This document shows, in pieces, positions 37,638 through 47,530 of a stretch of DNA of 53,136 nucleotides; the first letter of the stretch is position 1; every line of letters starts with the position of its first letter. The notes below the pieces were generated by a model. It did not search any database. It had not been told where the DNA came from and saw only the letters and a program-made list of their open reading frames with translations. The stretch covers positions 1-53,136 of the forward strand of contig JBASWO010000111.1 of the NCBI GenBank assembly GCA_049276515.1, given 5' to 3'. A program made the translations under genes and the position numbers. Origin of the DNA: Alphaproteobacteria bacterium (lineage in GTDB: Bacteria; Pseudomonadota; Alphaproteobacteria; UBA9219).

Positions 37638-38867
37638 TTACACATCTTCTGTAAGAGGTGCTGCTTCTGCACGCTTTTTGCCGAGAAGTAAGATCGTAAG
37701 GCCCATAATCGCTGTTACAGCGAGAATAATAACAATGGGTAGACTGCCTCTCATATTGGCGGCGCTGACACCTGCTGAGATAAAGGATCCTAGTCCTAAT
37801 TGGATGAAGCCCAAGAGTGCCGAAGCACTCCCCACATTCTTTGTAAAAGGCGTAAGGGCTAAAGCTGCCGCATTTGGATAGGCAATGCCACCGCCACTTA
37901 GAAAAATATAAAATAAAACGGCCGTACCTATCAAATCGTACCAACCCAAAACGGTGCCGATCACAAAGGCTAAGCCTGAGAGAGTTTGAATGATCAGAAC
38001 GCGGAGAAAAAGCTGTTGGCTTGTAAATCTTTTCAGTAACCAAACATTCAACTGGCTGCCGCCAATAAAGCCTGTTGCCAGCAAAGCAAACAAACCACTG
38101 TAAGCTTCGGGACTTAATTGAAAGCCCTCCATGAAAATGATGGGTGATCCCGCTACATAAATAAAGAGTCCCGCAAACGAAAAGGATCCCGCTATCGCAT
38201 AGATGGAAAAGCGCGGATGTTTGAGGATCGCCCCATATTCTTTAATGATAGGCCAAGGTTTTAAAGAAATGCTTTTGTCTGGCTTATGCCCTTCAGGAAG
38301 CAAGAAAGTGGTCAATGAGAGGATAATAATAACGACAACCATCAGCATGATAAAAACAGCGCGCCATCCTGATAGATTGATGACGAGATTACCAATGCTT
38401 GGCGCCAACATTGGCGATACAGAAATGAATAAGATTAAACGTGAGATAATCCTGGCCGTATCTTTAGCCGGAAAGAAATCACGCACCATCGCAATCGACG
38501 CAATTTGTGCGACACATCCACCCAATCCTTGAATGAAGCGCATCAAAATTAAAGTGTTCATATCTTGTGCAAGCGCACATCCAACAGATGATAAAATAAA
38601 AACAGCTAATCCAGCCGTAAGTGGCTTTTTACGGCCATAGCGATCAAGTAAAGGGCCATAAAAAAGCTGCCCTGAAGCCAAGCCAATAAAATAAGCAGCC
38701 ACAGTGAGTGGTATCATCGCCGTTGAGACTGAAAAATCCTGAGCCACCTGTAAAAAAGCAGGCAAATACATGTCAATCGCAAAGGGACTAACAACACTGA
38801 GTGCGCCTAAAAGAGAAATAATAAAAAGGGGGGAGCGCTTATGCTTTACTTGCACAGTATTCGACAT
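37638..38867 (-). CDS. MFS drug efflux transporter, Bcr/CflA subfamily
   Basis: 12 TM segments. LGALSVVSPFAIDMYLPAF and LLDRYGRKKP motifs. Confidence 0.85.
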   Translation of the reverse strand: MSNTVQVKHKRSPLFIISLLGALSVVSPFAIDMYLPAFLQVAQDFSVSTAMIPLTVAAYFIGLASGQLFYGPLLDRYGRKKPLTAGLAVFILSSVGCALAQDMNTLILMRFIQGLGGCVAQIASIAMVRDFFPAKDTARIISRLILFISVSPMLAPSIGNLVINLSGWRAVFIMLMVVVIIILSLTTFLLPEGHKPDKSISLKPWPIIKEYGAILKHPRFSIYAIAGSFSFAGLFIYVAGSPIIFMEGFQLSPEAYSGLFALLATGFIGGSQLNVWLLKRFTSQQLFLRVLIIQTLSGLAFVIGTVLGWYDLIGTAVLFYIFLSGGGIAYPNAAALALTPFTKNVGSASALLGFIQLGLGSFISAGVSAANMRGSLPIVIILAVTAIMGLTILLLGKKRAEAAPLTEDV

Positions 38868-38964
38868 GGGATTTTAATTTCTTTCGATGAATGATTGACA
38901 CAGATCTCTTTTCTTTTATATAGTGATCGCTAAATAAATCAATATCAAAAGAACGAGGTGTACT

Positions 38965-39318
38965 ATGAGCTATGTCGATGGATTTGTCGCTGCCGTTCCA
39001 ACCGCAAACCGCGCAAAATATATTCAGCATTGCTCTGATGCTGGCAAAGTTTTTAAAGAGTTTGGTGCCCTCGAATATGTAGAATGTTGGGGTGATGACG
39101 TTCCAGAGGGTAAGCTCACTTCTTTCCCCATGGCTGTACAACGTAAAGATGATGAGACTGTGATTTTCTCTTGGGTTGTTTGGCCCTCAAAAGCCGTGCG
39201 CGATGAGGGTATGAAGAAAATTATGGATGACCCTCGCCTCAAGCCGGACGTCAACCCTATGCCCTTTGATGGCAAGCGCCTGATCTATGGGGGCTTTGAG
39301 CCCGTCGTCAAACTTTAA
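38965..39318 (+). CDS. DUF1428 family protein
   Basis: MSYVDGFVAAVPTANRAKY N-terminus and 117-aa size match my recollection of DUF1428. Confidence 0.75.
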   Translation: MSYVDGFVAAVPTANRAKYIQHCSDAGKVFKEFGALEYVECWGDDVPEGKLTSFPMAVQRKDDETVIFSWVVWPSKAVRDEGMKKIMDDPRLKPDVNPMPFDGKRLIYGGFEPVVKL

Positions 39319-39339
39319 AACTGCTTGTAGCCGCTACCT

Positions 39340-40500
39340 TCAGCCCTCAATAAGATGACCGATGGGCTTAAGGCGTGTTGTGTGATCACAAATGATTTTA
39401 AAGATGGCCAACATCGGTGTGGCCAAGATGGCCCCTGCTACGCCCCACATCCAATACCAAAATATAAGCATGAGGATGACGAGTGTTGGATTAAGGGTAA
39501 AACGCTTTGAGACAATCAAAGGTGTAATGACCTCGCCTTCAAGCAAATGAATAAGGAAATAAAGTCCCGCTGGCAGAAAAGCCATAGGGACAGAGGCATT
39601 CGCTAGCATTCCAGCGACGACAAAAATACAGGCAGCTGTAATAGGCCCCAATACGGGAACATAATTTAGAAAGAAAGCAACTGTACCCCATAAAATAGCA
39701 TCCCCAACACCACAGAGATGCATAATAAGTGCTGTCGCGCAGCCAACGAAAAAATTGATGATGGTTATGGTCATCAAATACGCAGAAATATTCCGCTCGA
39801 CTTGATTAGAAATCTCAAAGGTTTTTTTCTTATCCTGAATGCGCGGAAGAATTTCTATAAATCGATGCAAAAAAGTGTCGCCCGATAAAAGCAGAAAGAA
39901 CAGAACCAAAAAAGTAACAAAAATCCCGCCGAGGACGACGCGCGTGCTGGTAAAAAGCCTATCGGAGAGCTTAGGCGTTGGTAGTGCGATCGCTACAGGC
40001 AAGACCTTCGTATCTTTGGGTGTGACAACATCTTTTGCGATTGTCACATTCTCAGCCGCATTGACGGTTTTTTGAATTGTAGCTACAGGACGCATGAGAA
40101 AATGTATGCGTTCTTGTAATTTTGGTAAGGCCGTGGGTAGTTTTTCTCCCCATTCCGCAACGGGACCAGAAAGAGCTTTACCTAAAACAACCATACCGCC
40201 AAGTAGCGCTATGATAATGAGTGCCGCTGCAATCGTACGCGGTATCCGGAATTTATGAAGAAAGCGCAAGACAGGGCGGAAGAGTAAATTGAGAAAGAGC
40301 GCTACACAAACTGGTAGAATGACTTCGCCCGCTACGTAACAGAGGGAGAGCATTGCCATGACGACAAGCGCTCCAGCAAAGAACACGAGCGTATCAAGAG
40401 GGCGCTTCTCAGGCGGCTTGACCAGAGGATCAAAGCTGGTTTTTTCATTTAATTCAGATGATTTTAAAATGACATCTTCAATATCAGTCAAACTACTCAT
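39340..40500 (-). CDS. AI-2E family transporter (PerM/UPF0118)
   Basis: Eight or so TM segments. C-terminal WGVAGAILATPMLAIFKII-type motif. Start is ATG 40500 or ATG 40530 (ambiguous). Confidence 0.78.
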   Translation of the reverse strand: MSSLTDIEDVILKSSELNEKTSFDPLVKPPEKRPLDTLVFFAGALVVMAMLSLCYVAGEVILPVCVALFLNLLFRPVLRFLHKFRIPRTIAAALIIIALLGGMVVLGKALSGPVAEWGEKLPTALPKLQERIHFLMRPVATIQKTVNAAENVTIAKDVVTPKDTKVLPVAIALPTPKLSDRLFTSTRVVLGGIFVTFLVLFFLLLSGDTFLHRFIEILPRIQDKKKTFEISNQVERNISAYLMTITIINFFVGCATALIMHLCGVGDAILWGTVAFFLNYVPVLGPITAACIFVVAGMLANASVPMAFLPAGLYFLIHLLEGEVITPLIVSKRFTLNPTLVILMLIFWYWMWGVAGAILATPMLAIFKIICDHTTRLKPIGHLIEG

Positions 40501-40622
40501 TACCCATCCCCCAAAGGCGGCAAACGCCATAAGGAAAATGTGTCTTTAAGCGTATAAAATTACGATAAGTTTCCGAGCACGCGATATAAGGAGCCCTGCG
40601 TATTGGCTCTAGCGCACCAAAC

Positions 40623-41141
40623 TCATTGTTTTCCGTGAGTCTTATATGATTTTGCGCTTACGGAGATCTTGTCCATGAGGGCCAGCATAACGCCAGAGAA
40701 AATGAAGACGAGATGGATAACGACCATCCACTGAATTTCGCGATCCGCAATATCGCGCACATTCATAAAGACTTTCAGCAAATGGATACCAGAAATAGCA
40801 ACAATCGATGCAACTAATTTCAGCTTCAATGCCGAAAAATCAACGGTGCCCTGCCATTCAGGACGATCTTCGTGATCCGTAAAATTAAACTTGGATACAA
40901 AATTCTCATAACCTGAAAAAATCACGATCAACAAAAGATTGCCAGCGAGTGATAAATCAATCAGGGAGAGAATGCCAAGTACGGCCTTATCAGGCGTCAA
41001 CTCAGATAGATGAGCAAAGGTGTGTACCAACTCTATGACAAAGGTATAAAGCAGAATAAGGAGAGCGCCAACAAGACCTACATAAAAAGGCGCCATCAAC
41101 CAACGGCTGGCAAACAATCCTTTTTCAATAATCCGCTCCAT
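40623..41141 (-). CDS. YqhA/UPF0114 family membrane protein
   Basis: Start reset to ATG 41141 (GGTGGAG SD). This gives MERIIEKGLFASRWLMAPFYVGL, parallel to E. coli YqhA MERFLEN..ASRWLLAP. Confidence 0.8.
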   Translation of the reverse strand: MERIIEKGLFASRWLMAPFYVGLVGALLILLYTFVIELVHTFAHLSELTPDKAVLGILSLIDLSLAGNLLLIVIFSGYENFVSKFNFTDHEDRPEWQGTVDFSALKLKLVASIVAISGIHLLKVFMNVRDIADREIQWMVVIHLVFIFSGVMLALMDKISVSAKSYKTHGKQ

Positions 41142-41222
41142 ATCCCACTCCACCTTTTGGTTCATTAAACTCTGATCATCATTACCCAATCACTTAAGAA
41201 AATACAGCAAAGAAAACACGGC

Positions 41223-42098
41223 TCATTTACTCAAGGGCTGAGGATGAAGATATGTTGGCGCTGCGCGCCAGAACATCCCGGGATATTTTTCATGTTTTCT
41301 CAAGATCATTTCAATAGAGTCCTTATTCTGTAGGTATTTGATCGCTCCACTGAGCATGCTGTTGAGGCTGTGCTCCCCCTTATTGACAGCTAGTACAATG
41401 GGAAAAACATAGAGAGGACTAATAGCTGCCGCTAACTCAATTTTGTCAGGATTGTTCTTCATAAAATCTTCTGCAACGGCTGGCTCAACAAAAGTAATAT
41501 CAGCCTTACCCGTAGCAACGCCTAAGAGAATGTCGCTGTAATCCATATCCACCACAGCTAAGGCCCCCGCATTAGGAAAATCCGTCTTTTTAATGAAGGC
41601 AGGAACGGTGCCATCCTGATAAGCGATTTTGACTTCAGGACGATTGACAGCCTCACGTGTTACAAATCGATGATCCCCAACTTTCACATAAGCATTAACT
41701 GGCACATATTGATAAGACTCGCTTAACTCAGCATGCGGCATCCAATTGGGGCGCGCATAAAGATTTGAGCAGACAGCATCGTAGCGGCCGCTTTGCAAAC
41801 CGGTCATGGCCGTACCAAAGGTGATTTCTTCAGCCCAGTCTATTTTGATATCAAGCGCAGATCCCAAAGCTTCCATGACATCATAAACCGTGCCTGATAA
41901 GGCGCCCGTGTTTGGATCTTTCTGCAACGCTAAGCCTACTGGCGCATAACCACAACGCAGTGTTTTTGTGCGCATCACGCGCTCAAAGGCAGTTTCTTGT
42001 GTAACAGCTGGAGCCAGTACATCGGACGTTGTTGTCACTCTTACTGTTATGTAAGCAGCGATAATGCTAACTAAAAGCGCAATGATGATGTTTTTCAT
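41223..42098 (-). CDS. family-3 solute-binding protein (amino-acid ABC/SBP_bac_3-like), N-terminally membrane anchored, orphan
   Basis: N-terminal hydrophobic segment MKNIIIALLVSIIAAYITV. SBP_bac_3-like body (LRCGYAP..., YDAVCS...). No permease or ATPase gene is adjacent. Confidence 0.7.
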   Translation of the reverse strand: MKNIIIALLVSIIAAYITVRVTTTSDVLAPAVTQETAFERVMRTKTLRCGYAPVGLALQKDPNTGALSGTVYDVMEALGSALDIKIDWAEEITFGTAMTGLQSGRYDAVCSNLYARPNWMPHAELSESYQYVPVNAYVKVGDHRFVTREAVNRPEVKIAYQDGTVPAFIKKTDFPNAGALAVVDMDYSDILLGVATGKADITFVEPAVAEDFMKNNPDKIELAAAISPLYVFPIVLAVNKGEHSLNSMLSGAIKYLQNKDSIEMILRKHEKYPGMFWRAAPTYLHPQPLSK

Positions 42099-42125
42099 GA
42101 GCAATACCTATCTGTCCTAACTCTA

Positions 42126-42608
42126 TTAAGCCGCCTTGCCACGCACCGCTGCTTCGATCTGAGCAACATCGATTTTTCCCATAGGCAACATCGCTTGAAA
42201 CGCACGTTTTGCGACATCGCCACCCTGCGCCATAGCCTCTGTTAAGACACGCGGCGTAATTTGCCAGGAAATCCCCCACTTATCTTTGCACCAGCCACAA
42301 TGGCTCTCGGTGCCACCATTGCCAACAATCGCATTCCAATAAAGATCGGTTTCCTTTTGATCGTTGGTAGCTATCTGAAAAGAGAAAGCCTCGCTATGCT
42401 TGAACATGTCACCACCATTAAGACCAATGCATGCTATGCCACACACCGTGAAATCAACAGTGAGGACAGCGCCTGCTCTACCACCCGGAAAGTTGTCCGG
42501 CGCACGACAGATAGCACCAACAGAGCTGTCAGGAAATACGCTGGCATAAAATCGCGCAGCTTCTTCTGCATCATGATTGTACCAAAGGCAGATTGTATTT
42601 TTCTTCAT
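42126..42608 (-). CDS. VOC-superfamily protein (PhnB/3-demethylubiquinone-9 3-methyltransferase-domain family)
   Basis: Start reset to ATG 42608 (GGAGGAGG SD). ICLWYNHDAEEAARFYASVFPDS and CGWCKDKWGISWQI motifs. Confidence 0.8.
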   Translation of the reverse strand: MKKNTICLWYNHDAEEAARFYASVFPDSSVGAICRAPDNFPGGRAGAVLTVDFTVCGIACIGLNGGDMFKHSEAFSFQIATNDQKETDLYWNAIVGNGGTESHCGWCKDKWGISWQITPRVLTEAMAQGGDVAKRAFQAMLPMGKIDVAQIEAAVRGKAA

Positions 42609-42822
42609 GATTATCCTCCTCCGATTATTGCCTGATGCCCAAGGCTGGCTCAATGTGGTTTCTTAGGTGTACCTCGAGCTGGCTCTCCACCACCATTTGT
42701 TGCGTATGAATAATGTTTAACTACACCGTCCAAGTCTATCAAAAAGGCAGGTTGTTTATTGATAAGGATTATTTCACCTTTATAATACGGTAAACAGCCA
42801 GCAAAAATAAAGTGGAGTAAAA

Positions 42823-43440
42823 ATGATTTCAAGCGCGGATACGGTTATTGAAGAGCTGATTGCTGGCAACAAACGGTTTTTGGCTAGCCAGTCCGTAAAA
42901 TCTACCGGATCTTCTTTGAAAAGACTTAAGAATTTTGCAGAAAAAGGGCAGTTTCCGAAGGCGATTATTCTATGCTGTTCCGACTCTCGCGCTCCTGTCG
43001 AAACGATATTTGATCAAGACATAGGCGATCTGTTTGTTATTCGCGTTGCGGGCAATATCATAGCACCATCATTGGTCGGCAGCGTCGAGTTTGCTGCCAG
43101 CACCTTTGGAACCGGTCTTGTCATGGTTATGGGGCACACGCAATGTGGGGCGATAGAGGCTACGCTTGAGCACATCAATAATGCCAAGGCCATTCCTTCT
43201 GAGAATATTCACGACATTGTGAGTCGTATCAAACCGCACATTTTTTCGATTACAAAAATACCCGACCTGACGCCCCAAGAGAGATCGAACAGAGCCGTGG
43301 AAGCCAACGTGTTGGCATCGGTCAATCAACTTTCTCACTCTAGCCGAATAGTCGAAAGCTTAGTCATAGAAGGCAAAATAAAAATCGTCGGCGCGGTCCT
43401 CAATTTATCTACCGGGCAAGTGAAGCTTCTGCAGGATTAA
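42823..43440 (+). CDS. beta-class carbonic anhydrase
   Basis: Zinc-ligand motifs CCSDSR and HTQCGA. Confidence 0.9.
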   Translation: MISSADTVIEELIAGNKRFLASQSVKSTGSSLKRLKNFAEKGQFPKAIILCCSDSRAPVETIFDQDIGDLFVIRVAGNIIAPSLVGSVEFAASTFGTGLVMVMGHTQCGAIEATLEHINNAKAIPSENIHDIVSRIKPHIFSITKIPDLTPQERSNRAVEANVLASVNQLSHSSRIVESLVIEGKIKIVGAVLNLSTGQVKLLQD

Positions 43441-43554
43441 GTGTAATTCTAAAAATCGTGCGGCAGGGGAACACTCCGAGACATTACGGAGCAAAAAAGT
43501 TTATGTGGAGAACAACATATTCAGGTGCAGGGGCGTCACTCTGAAACCATAAAT

Positions 43555-43644
43555 TGGCGGAGAGGATGAGATTCGAACTCACGAACGGCTTGCACCGTTA
43601 CACACTTTCCAGGCGTGCGCCTTCAACCACTCGGCCACCTCTCC
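43555..43644 (-). tRNA. tRNA-Ser (anticodon GGA), class II with long variable arm, encoded CCA
   Basis: The reverse complement folds as acceptor GGAGAGG/CCTCTCC, anticodon stem CACGC/GTGTG with loop CTGGAAA, long variable arm, T-loop TTCGAAT, discriminator G and CCA. Confidence 0.92.
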
Positions 43645-43721
43645 GTTTTCTGCACATCATGACCGAAGGTTGAACCCAGCCACGTCTTGAAACAGACCCG
43701 AGCCTATAGCGGCAATAGGCC

Positions 43722-43754
43722 CAAAAGAAAAGAGCGGCCTTTAAGGGCCGCTCT
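43722..43754 (-). terminator. rho-independent terminator downstream of the HU gene
   Basis: Stem AGAGCGGCC/GGCCGCTCT (43731-43739 / 43746-43754), followed on the minus strand by TTTCTTTTGG. Confidence 0.7.
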
Positions 43755-43785
43755 TTCCGAATACCGCTGAAAAGCGGCAGTTGGC

Positions 43786-44085
43786 TTACTTGCCTACTGC
43801 TTCTTTCAGTTCCTTGCTTGCGCGGAAAGCGATCTTCTTCTTCGCTGGAATTGAGATGGTTTCGCCTGTTGCAGGATTGCGGCCCATACGAGCAGCGCGC
43901 TTGCGAACCTGGAGAATGCCGAGACCAGCAATACGAATACGGTTACCCTTCTTGAGGTTCTTAACGATCAAAGCAACCAGGTCTTCGTTGACTTGGTTCA
44001 TTTGCTTCTTCGGCATATCGAACTTCGCAGCCAAATCAGCCGAGATATGCTTCAAGGTAACTGTGGGGGCGGTTGCTGTTGCCAT
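43786..44085 (-). CDS. HU/IHF-family nucleoid-associated DNA-binding protein
   Basis: GLGILQVRKRAARMGRNPATGETISIPAKKKIAFRASKELK beta-arm signature. AAGGAA SD. Confidence 0.92.
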   Translation of the reverse strand: MATATAPTVTLKHISADLAAKFDMPKKQMNQVNEDLVALIVKNLKKGNRIRIAGLGILQVRKRAARMGRNPATGETISIPAKKKIAFRASKELKEAVGK

Positions 44086-44253
44086 TGTATTATTCCTTAG
44101 TGAGTTGAAGGGACGACTAACAAAATCAATGTTGCATACAACTATGCATTTTTGGCAAGGCCAAAAAACGCTTATGTCATATGGCGAATCTGAGTTTATT
44201 AGAAGTCAAAGCGGCTGGCAAACCTTTAAAAATGGGGGTTTTAACCCCCATCC

Positions 44254-45126
44254 TTAATTATGACGGTCACGAATATTGCCACCCAGAACAGCGGCAGCGC
44301 TGCCCACAAAACCACCCACAAGGAGCGAAAGAGCTAAGCAAATGGATAAGATAGAGGCCATTTTCCTAGCATTATCAGCTATTTCGCGTATCTGTGCCTG
44401 ATCGACAGATTGGCGCGCTACAATATCATCCACACGTTTACGAGCGTCTGTTTCAGCAAGATTAGTGCGTACCATGACCAATTGGGTCAGATAGGTCTTA
44501 TCTTCCTCGGTTAGGGAATTATCCTTAAATCCACGCATGAGGATGCGATTAGCCTCGCCGCGAACCTCCTGATCCCCAGCTGTAACGGTGGGAGGTGAGG
44601 TCCGAAAGAGGCTATCTGTATAATAAGCGATCGGATTGAGAGCACTATTTTGAGCATCAGTTGCCTTTGCACTCATCGAACGCTCATGCATTGCGGTTGC
44701 AATATGCGCATGCTTTCCAAGCATCGAGCCAGCTGATGTAAAGGCAGCCACCATAATCATGGTCGCAACTGCCCAAGTAATAAAACCATGCGCAGTGTCA
44801 CGGAAATAAACTTCATGATTATGGACATTCAACCAACGGGTACGAAGGCGGCCTGCAAGATACCCACCAATTGAAGCTGCTATCCATTGCACAACAACCA
44901 TCCAGATGATGGAAGCAGCAGCGATACCTTTAGCCGTGTCACTATCAAAATCAGGTCGAATGGCAAAACCAAGGCCCGCACCTAATACTGTGAGAACAAG
45001 AGTTGTTGCTAAGGTCGCAAAAACACCACCCATAATAGCTGCCCATGAAATGGCGGGCTTTGGGTGATAATGCACATGATCTTGCACAACATATTGATCA
45101 GATGTGGGAGGAACGATGGTTGCCAT
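44254..45126 (-). CDS. conserved hypothetical membrane protein (3-4 N-terminal TM segments, soluble helical region, C-terminal TM)
   Basis: Start reset to ATG 45126 (AAGGAA SD), 11 nt after the stop of the upstream 30-aa ORF. I recognised no family motif. Confidence 0.6.
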   Translation of the reverse strand: MATIVPPTSDQYVVQDHVHYHPKPAISWAAIMGGVFATLATTLVLTVLGAGLGFAIRPDFDSDTAKGIAAASIIWMVVVQWIAASIGGYLAGRLRTRWLNVHNHEVYFRDTAHGFITWAVATMIMVAAFTSAGSMLGKHAHIATAMHERSMSAKATDAQNSALNPIAYYTDSLFRTSPPTVTAGDQEVRGEANRILMRGFKDNSLTEEDKTYLTQLVMVRTNLAETDARKRVDDIVARQSVDQAQIREIADNARKMASILSICLALSLLVGGFVGSAAAVLGGNIRDRHN

Positions 45127-45137
45127 TTGATGTTCCT

Positions 45138-45230
45138 TTAGCGCCAGAACAAGGCAAGCAGAAGAACGATTGGCAACGGAATGCCGAGCATCCAAAGTAA
45201 TAAACCACGTCCAAAACCTAAATCAGCCAT
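45138..45230 (-). CDS. 30-aa hydrophobic small protein (MADLGFGRGLLLWMLGIPLPIVLLLALFWR), below the ORF-track cutoff
   Basis: Manual translation. ATG 45230 has AGGAGAG 5 nt upstream, and TAA lies at 45138-45140. Single TM with a Gly/Arg N-terminus. Tightly linked to the downstream membrane protein gene. Confidence 0.55.
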   Translation of the reverse strand: MADLGFGRGLLLWMLGIPLPIVLLLALFWR

Positions 45231-45313
45231 TTGACTCTCCTGTAAGATAATTTTTCAGGAGAACACTTCAGCAAGTTTTTCATAAAAAAGAGATGTGGTT
45301 CGGACTTATAAAC

Positions 45314-46018
45314 TCAATACATCTTTGCGGCTTTTTTATTGGGAGCTTTGTACTGCAAAATATCACCCGCGCGAATTTCGACAGAGTCACGATGGCGAAG
45401 ATTTTTTGCTTGTTGTGCTGTGACGAGTTTATAATGACGTATGCCATCGAGAGCAGCCGCAACATCCCAACAATCATCTCTATTAGAAATCCATAACTTC
45501 GTATCGAAGCGTCGTAAATCACATGCGACTGAATAAGCGGTCAGTGTTTTAGATTGTCCTGACACATATTCATGAAAATAGGACATCGCCAACTCGCGTA
45601 AGTTGCGATAGACGGGATCACGCCAACGCAACCACACGTGATTGCTTTTAGAAATCGCACCCCAACAGCCCTTATGCTTAAAAACAGCGATGACATGATC
45701 GCAATCACCTTTAGCTTGCATATCCATAACCAAGGGTGGCGAACCATTGATCCAGAAAGCACAGGCCGCTGTAAAAGCTGCTTCAATGCAATGCGCACGT
45801 CTTTGACGCAAAACTTCTGTAACCGAAAGGCAGGTATCACCACCCGGCTCGAAATTAATGGGGATGTCATTGATAAAATCCTGCACCTTCTCAGGTGAGG
45901 TCAATTTAGCCAGTTGCGCTGCCTGATGACGTGGCAGACCGAGCTTGATACCCAAGGAAATGCGCTGTTTCACAATCTTCGCTTTCACTGATTCAACTGT
46001 TAGATTAAGGGCCTTCAT
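45314..46018 (-). CDS. hypothetical protein with transglutaminase/papain-like Cys-His arrangement
   Basis: RRAHCIEAAFTAACAF (candidate nucleophile Cys), followed ~35 aa later by GDCDHVIAVF. No signal peptide. ATG 46018 is preferred over TTG 46030. Confidence 0.5.
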   Translation of the reverse strand: MKALNLTVESVKAKIVKQRISLGIKLGLPRHQAAQLAKLTSPEKVQDFINDIPINFEPGGDTCLSVTEVLRQRRAHCIEAAFTAACAFWINGSPPLVMDMQAKGDCDHVIAVFKHKGCWGAISKSNHVWLRWRDPVYRNLRELAMSYFHEYVSGQSKTLTAYSVACDLRRFDTKLWISNRDDCWDVAAALDGIRHYKLVTAQQAKNLRHRDSVEIRAGDILQYKAPNKKAAKMY

Positions 46019-46053
46019 CACAGCAGGCAATACAGGGCTGATTTCTTAAGCAA

Positions 46054-47496
46054 ATGACGACAAAATCACTTTCACCTGCACGTTCTATTATCACACCGCT
46101 CATCGTCGCCTGCGCGCTCTTTATGGAGCAGCTGGATGGATCGATAATTGCAACAGCCCTGCCATCGATCTCGCGTTCTCTGAATACAGATCCTCTGCAC
46201 CTTAATCTTGCCATCACCTCTTATATGTTAAGCCTCGCCGTTTTTATTCCTCTCAGCGGCTGGCTTGCTGATCGGCTTGGGGCCCGCACCATTTTCCGTG
46301 CAGCGATTATTGTTTTTATGTTGGGCTCAATTGCCTGTGGATTATCCCACGACCTTTTATCTTTAGTGCTTTCACGCATGTTGCAGGGTGCAGGTGGCGC
46401 TCTGATGGTTCCCGTAGGCCGTCTCGTTCTTTTGCGCACCGTTCCGAAATCACAACTTGTTGATGCTATGGCTTGGGTTGCAGCGCCCGCCATGATTGGC
46501 CCCATTCTTGGACCTCCTCTCGGCGGTTTAATTGTGACCTATGCGTCCTGGGAGTGGATATTTTACGTCAATATTCCAATCGGTCTTTTAGGTCTTTTTC
46601 TTGCCACCCGTTATGTCGACAATATCAAAGGTCGCGCACGCGAGCCGCTTGATCAAAGAGGCTTCTTTTTGATGGCTCTCTGTTTAGGCGGATTGATGTT
46701 CGGCTTTGAGACTTTAGGCCGTCATTTGATATCAGATGCTATTGCCGGCGCCTTCCTTTTAGGTGGGGCCATCTGTTTTGGCCTTTATCTCTGGCACTAT
46801 AAGCGGATTGAACACCCAATTATTGATCTGAGCCTCCTTAAATACCCAACCTTTCGTGCGTCTGTTCTGGGTGGCTCTTTAACGCGCATCGCCATTGGCG
46901 CTCTCCCCTTTTTATTGCCGCTTACTCTGCAATATGGGTTTGGTATGAACCCTGCCACATCTGGGCTTTTGACTTTTGCTGGTGCGGCTGGCGCCATTCT
47001 CATGAAAATTATCGCTACACAGATTATTCGCACCCTTCGTTTTCGGCCCGTTCTACTTCTCAATGGCTTCATCAATAGTTTTTTCATTGCCGGCTGCGCT
47101 TTGTTAGCCACCACAACACCGCACAGTGTTATTTTTATCTTCCTTTTGATTGGTGGGTTTTTCCGCTCTCTGCAATTTACTGCTCTCAATACAATCGCTT
47201 TTGCTGATATCCCTTCACACCTCATCAGCCGCGCTAATACTTTTTATAATATGATGCAGCAGCTGACGCTCAGCCTTGGCGTCGCTGTTGGTGCCATGGG
47301 CCTCAATATTTCTCTCTCGCTCCGCGGCCAAGACGTACTCAGCGCTCATGACTTCTGGCCCGTTTATGTTGGCCTCAGCCTCCTTCCTCTACTCTCCCTT
47401 TTCTCCTTTTTACCTCTTGCCGCTAATGCAGGCGCTGAAATGAGCGGTCATCAAGTGCCTGCCAAGGAATCTGAGTTGAAAGAGCCAGTTCCGTAA
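46054..47496 (+). CDS. MFS transporter, DHA2 (14-TM, EmrB/QacA-like) family
   Basis: 14 predicted TM segments. Motifs LSGWLADRLGAR and LQGAGGALMVP. Confidence 0.85.
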   Translation: MTTKSLSPARSIITPLIVACALFMEQLDGSIIATALPSISRSLNTDPLHLNLAITSYMLSLAVFIPLSGWLADRLGARTIFRAAIIVFMLGSIACGLSHDLLSLVLSRMLQGAGGALMVPVGRLVLLRTVPKSQLVDAMAWVAAPAMIGPILGPPLGGLIVTYASWEWIFYVNIPIGLLGLFLATRYVDNIKGRAREPLDQRGFFLMALCLGGLMFGFETLGRHLISDAIAGAFLLGGAICFGLYLWHYKRIEHPIIDLSLLKYPTFRASVLGGSLTRIAIGALPFLLPLTLQYGFGMNPATSGLLTFAGAAGAILMKIIATQIIRTLRFRPVLLLNGFINSFFIAGCALLATTTPHSVIFIFLLIGGFFRSLQFTALNTIAFADIPSHLISRANTFYNMMQQLTLSLGVAVGAMGLNISLSLRGQDVLSAHDFWPVYVGLSLLPLLSLFSFLPLAANAGAEMSGHQVPAKESELKEPVP

Positions 47497-47530
47497 GTTA
47501 AATAAGGGCCTCATGTGAAAGCAGGCCTTT

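Noticed and set aside
43441-43760. tRNA-Ser as a possible genomic-island integration site
   Set aside because: There is no integrase, no direct repeat of the tRNA 3' end and no mobile-element gene on either side within the window. Flanking genes are ordinary housekeeping or accessory genes.
43781-44257. 158-aa plus-strand ORF
   Set aside because: It is antisense to the HU gene, which has the canonical beta-arm motif, an SD and a terminator. It has no SD and a low-complexity R/A/F-rich product.
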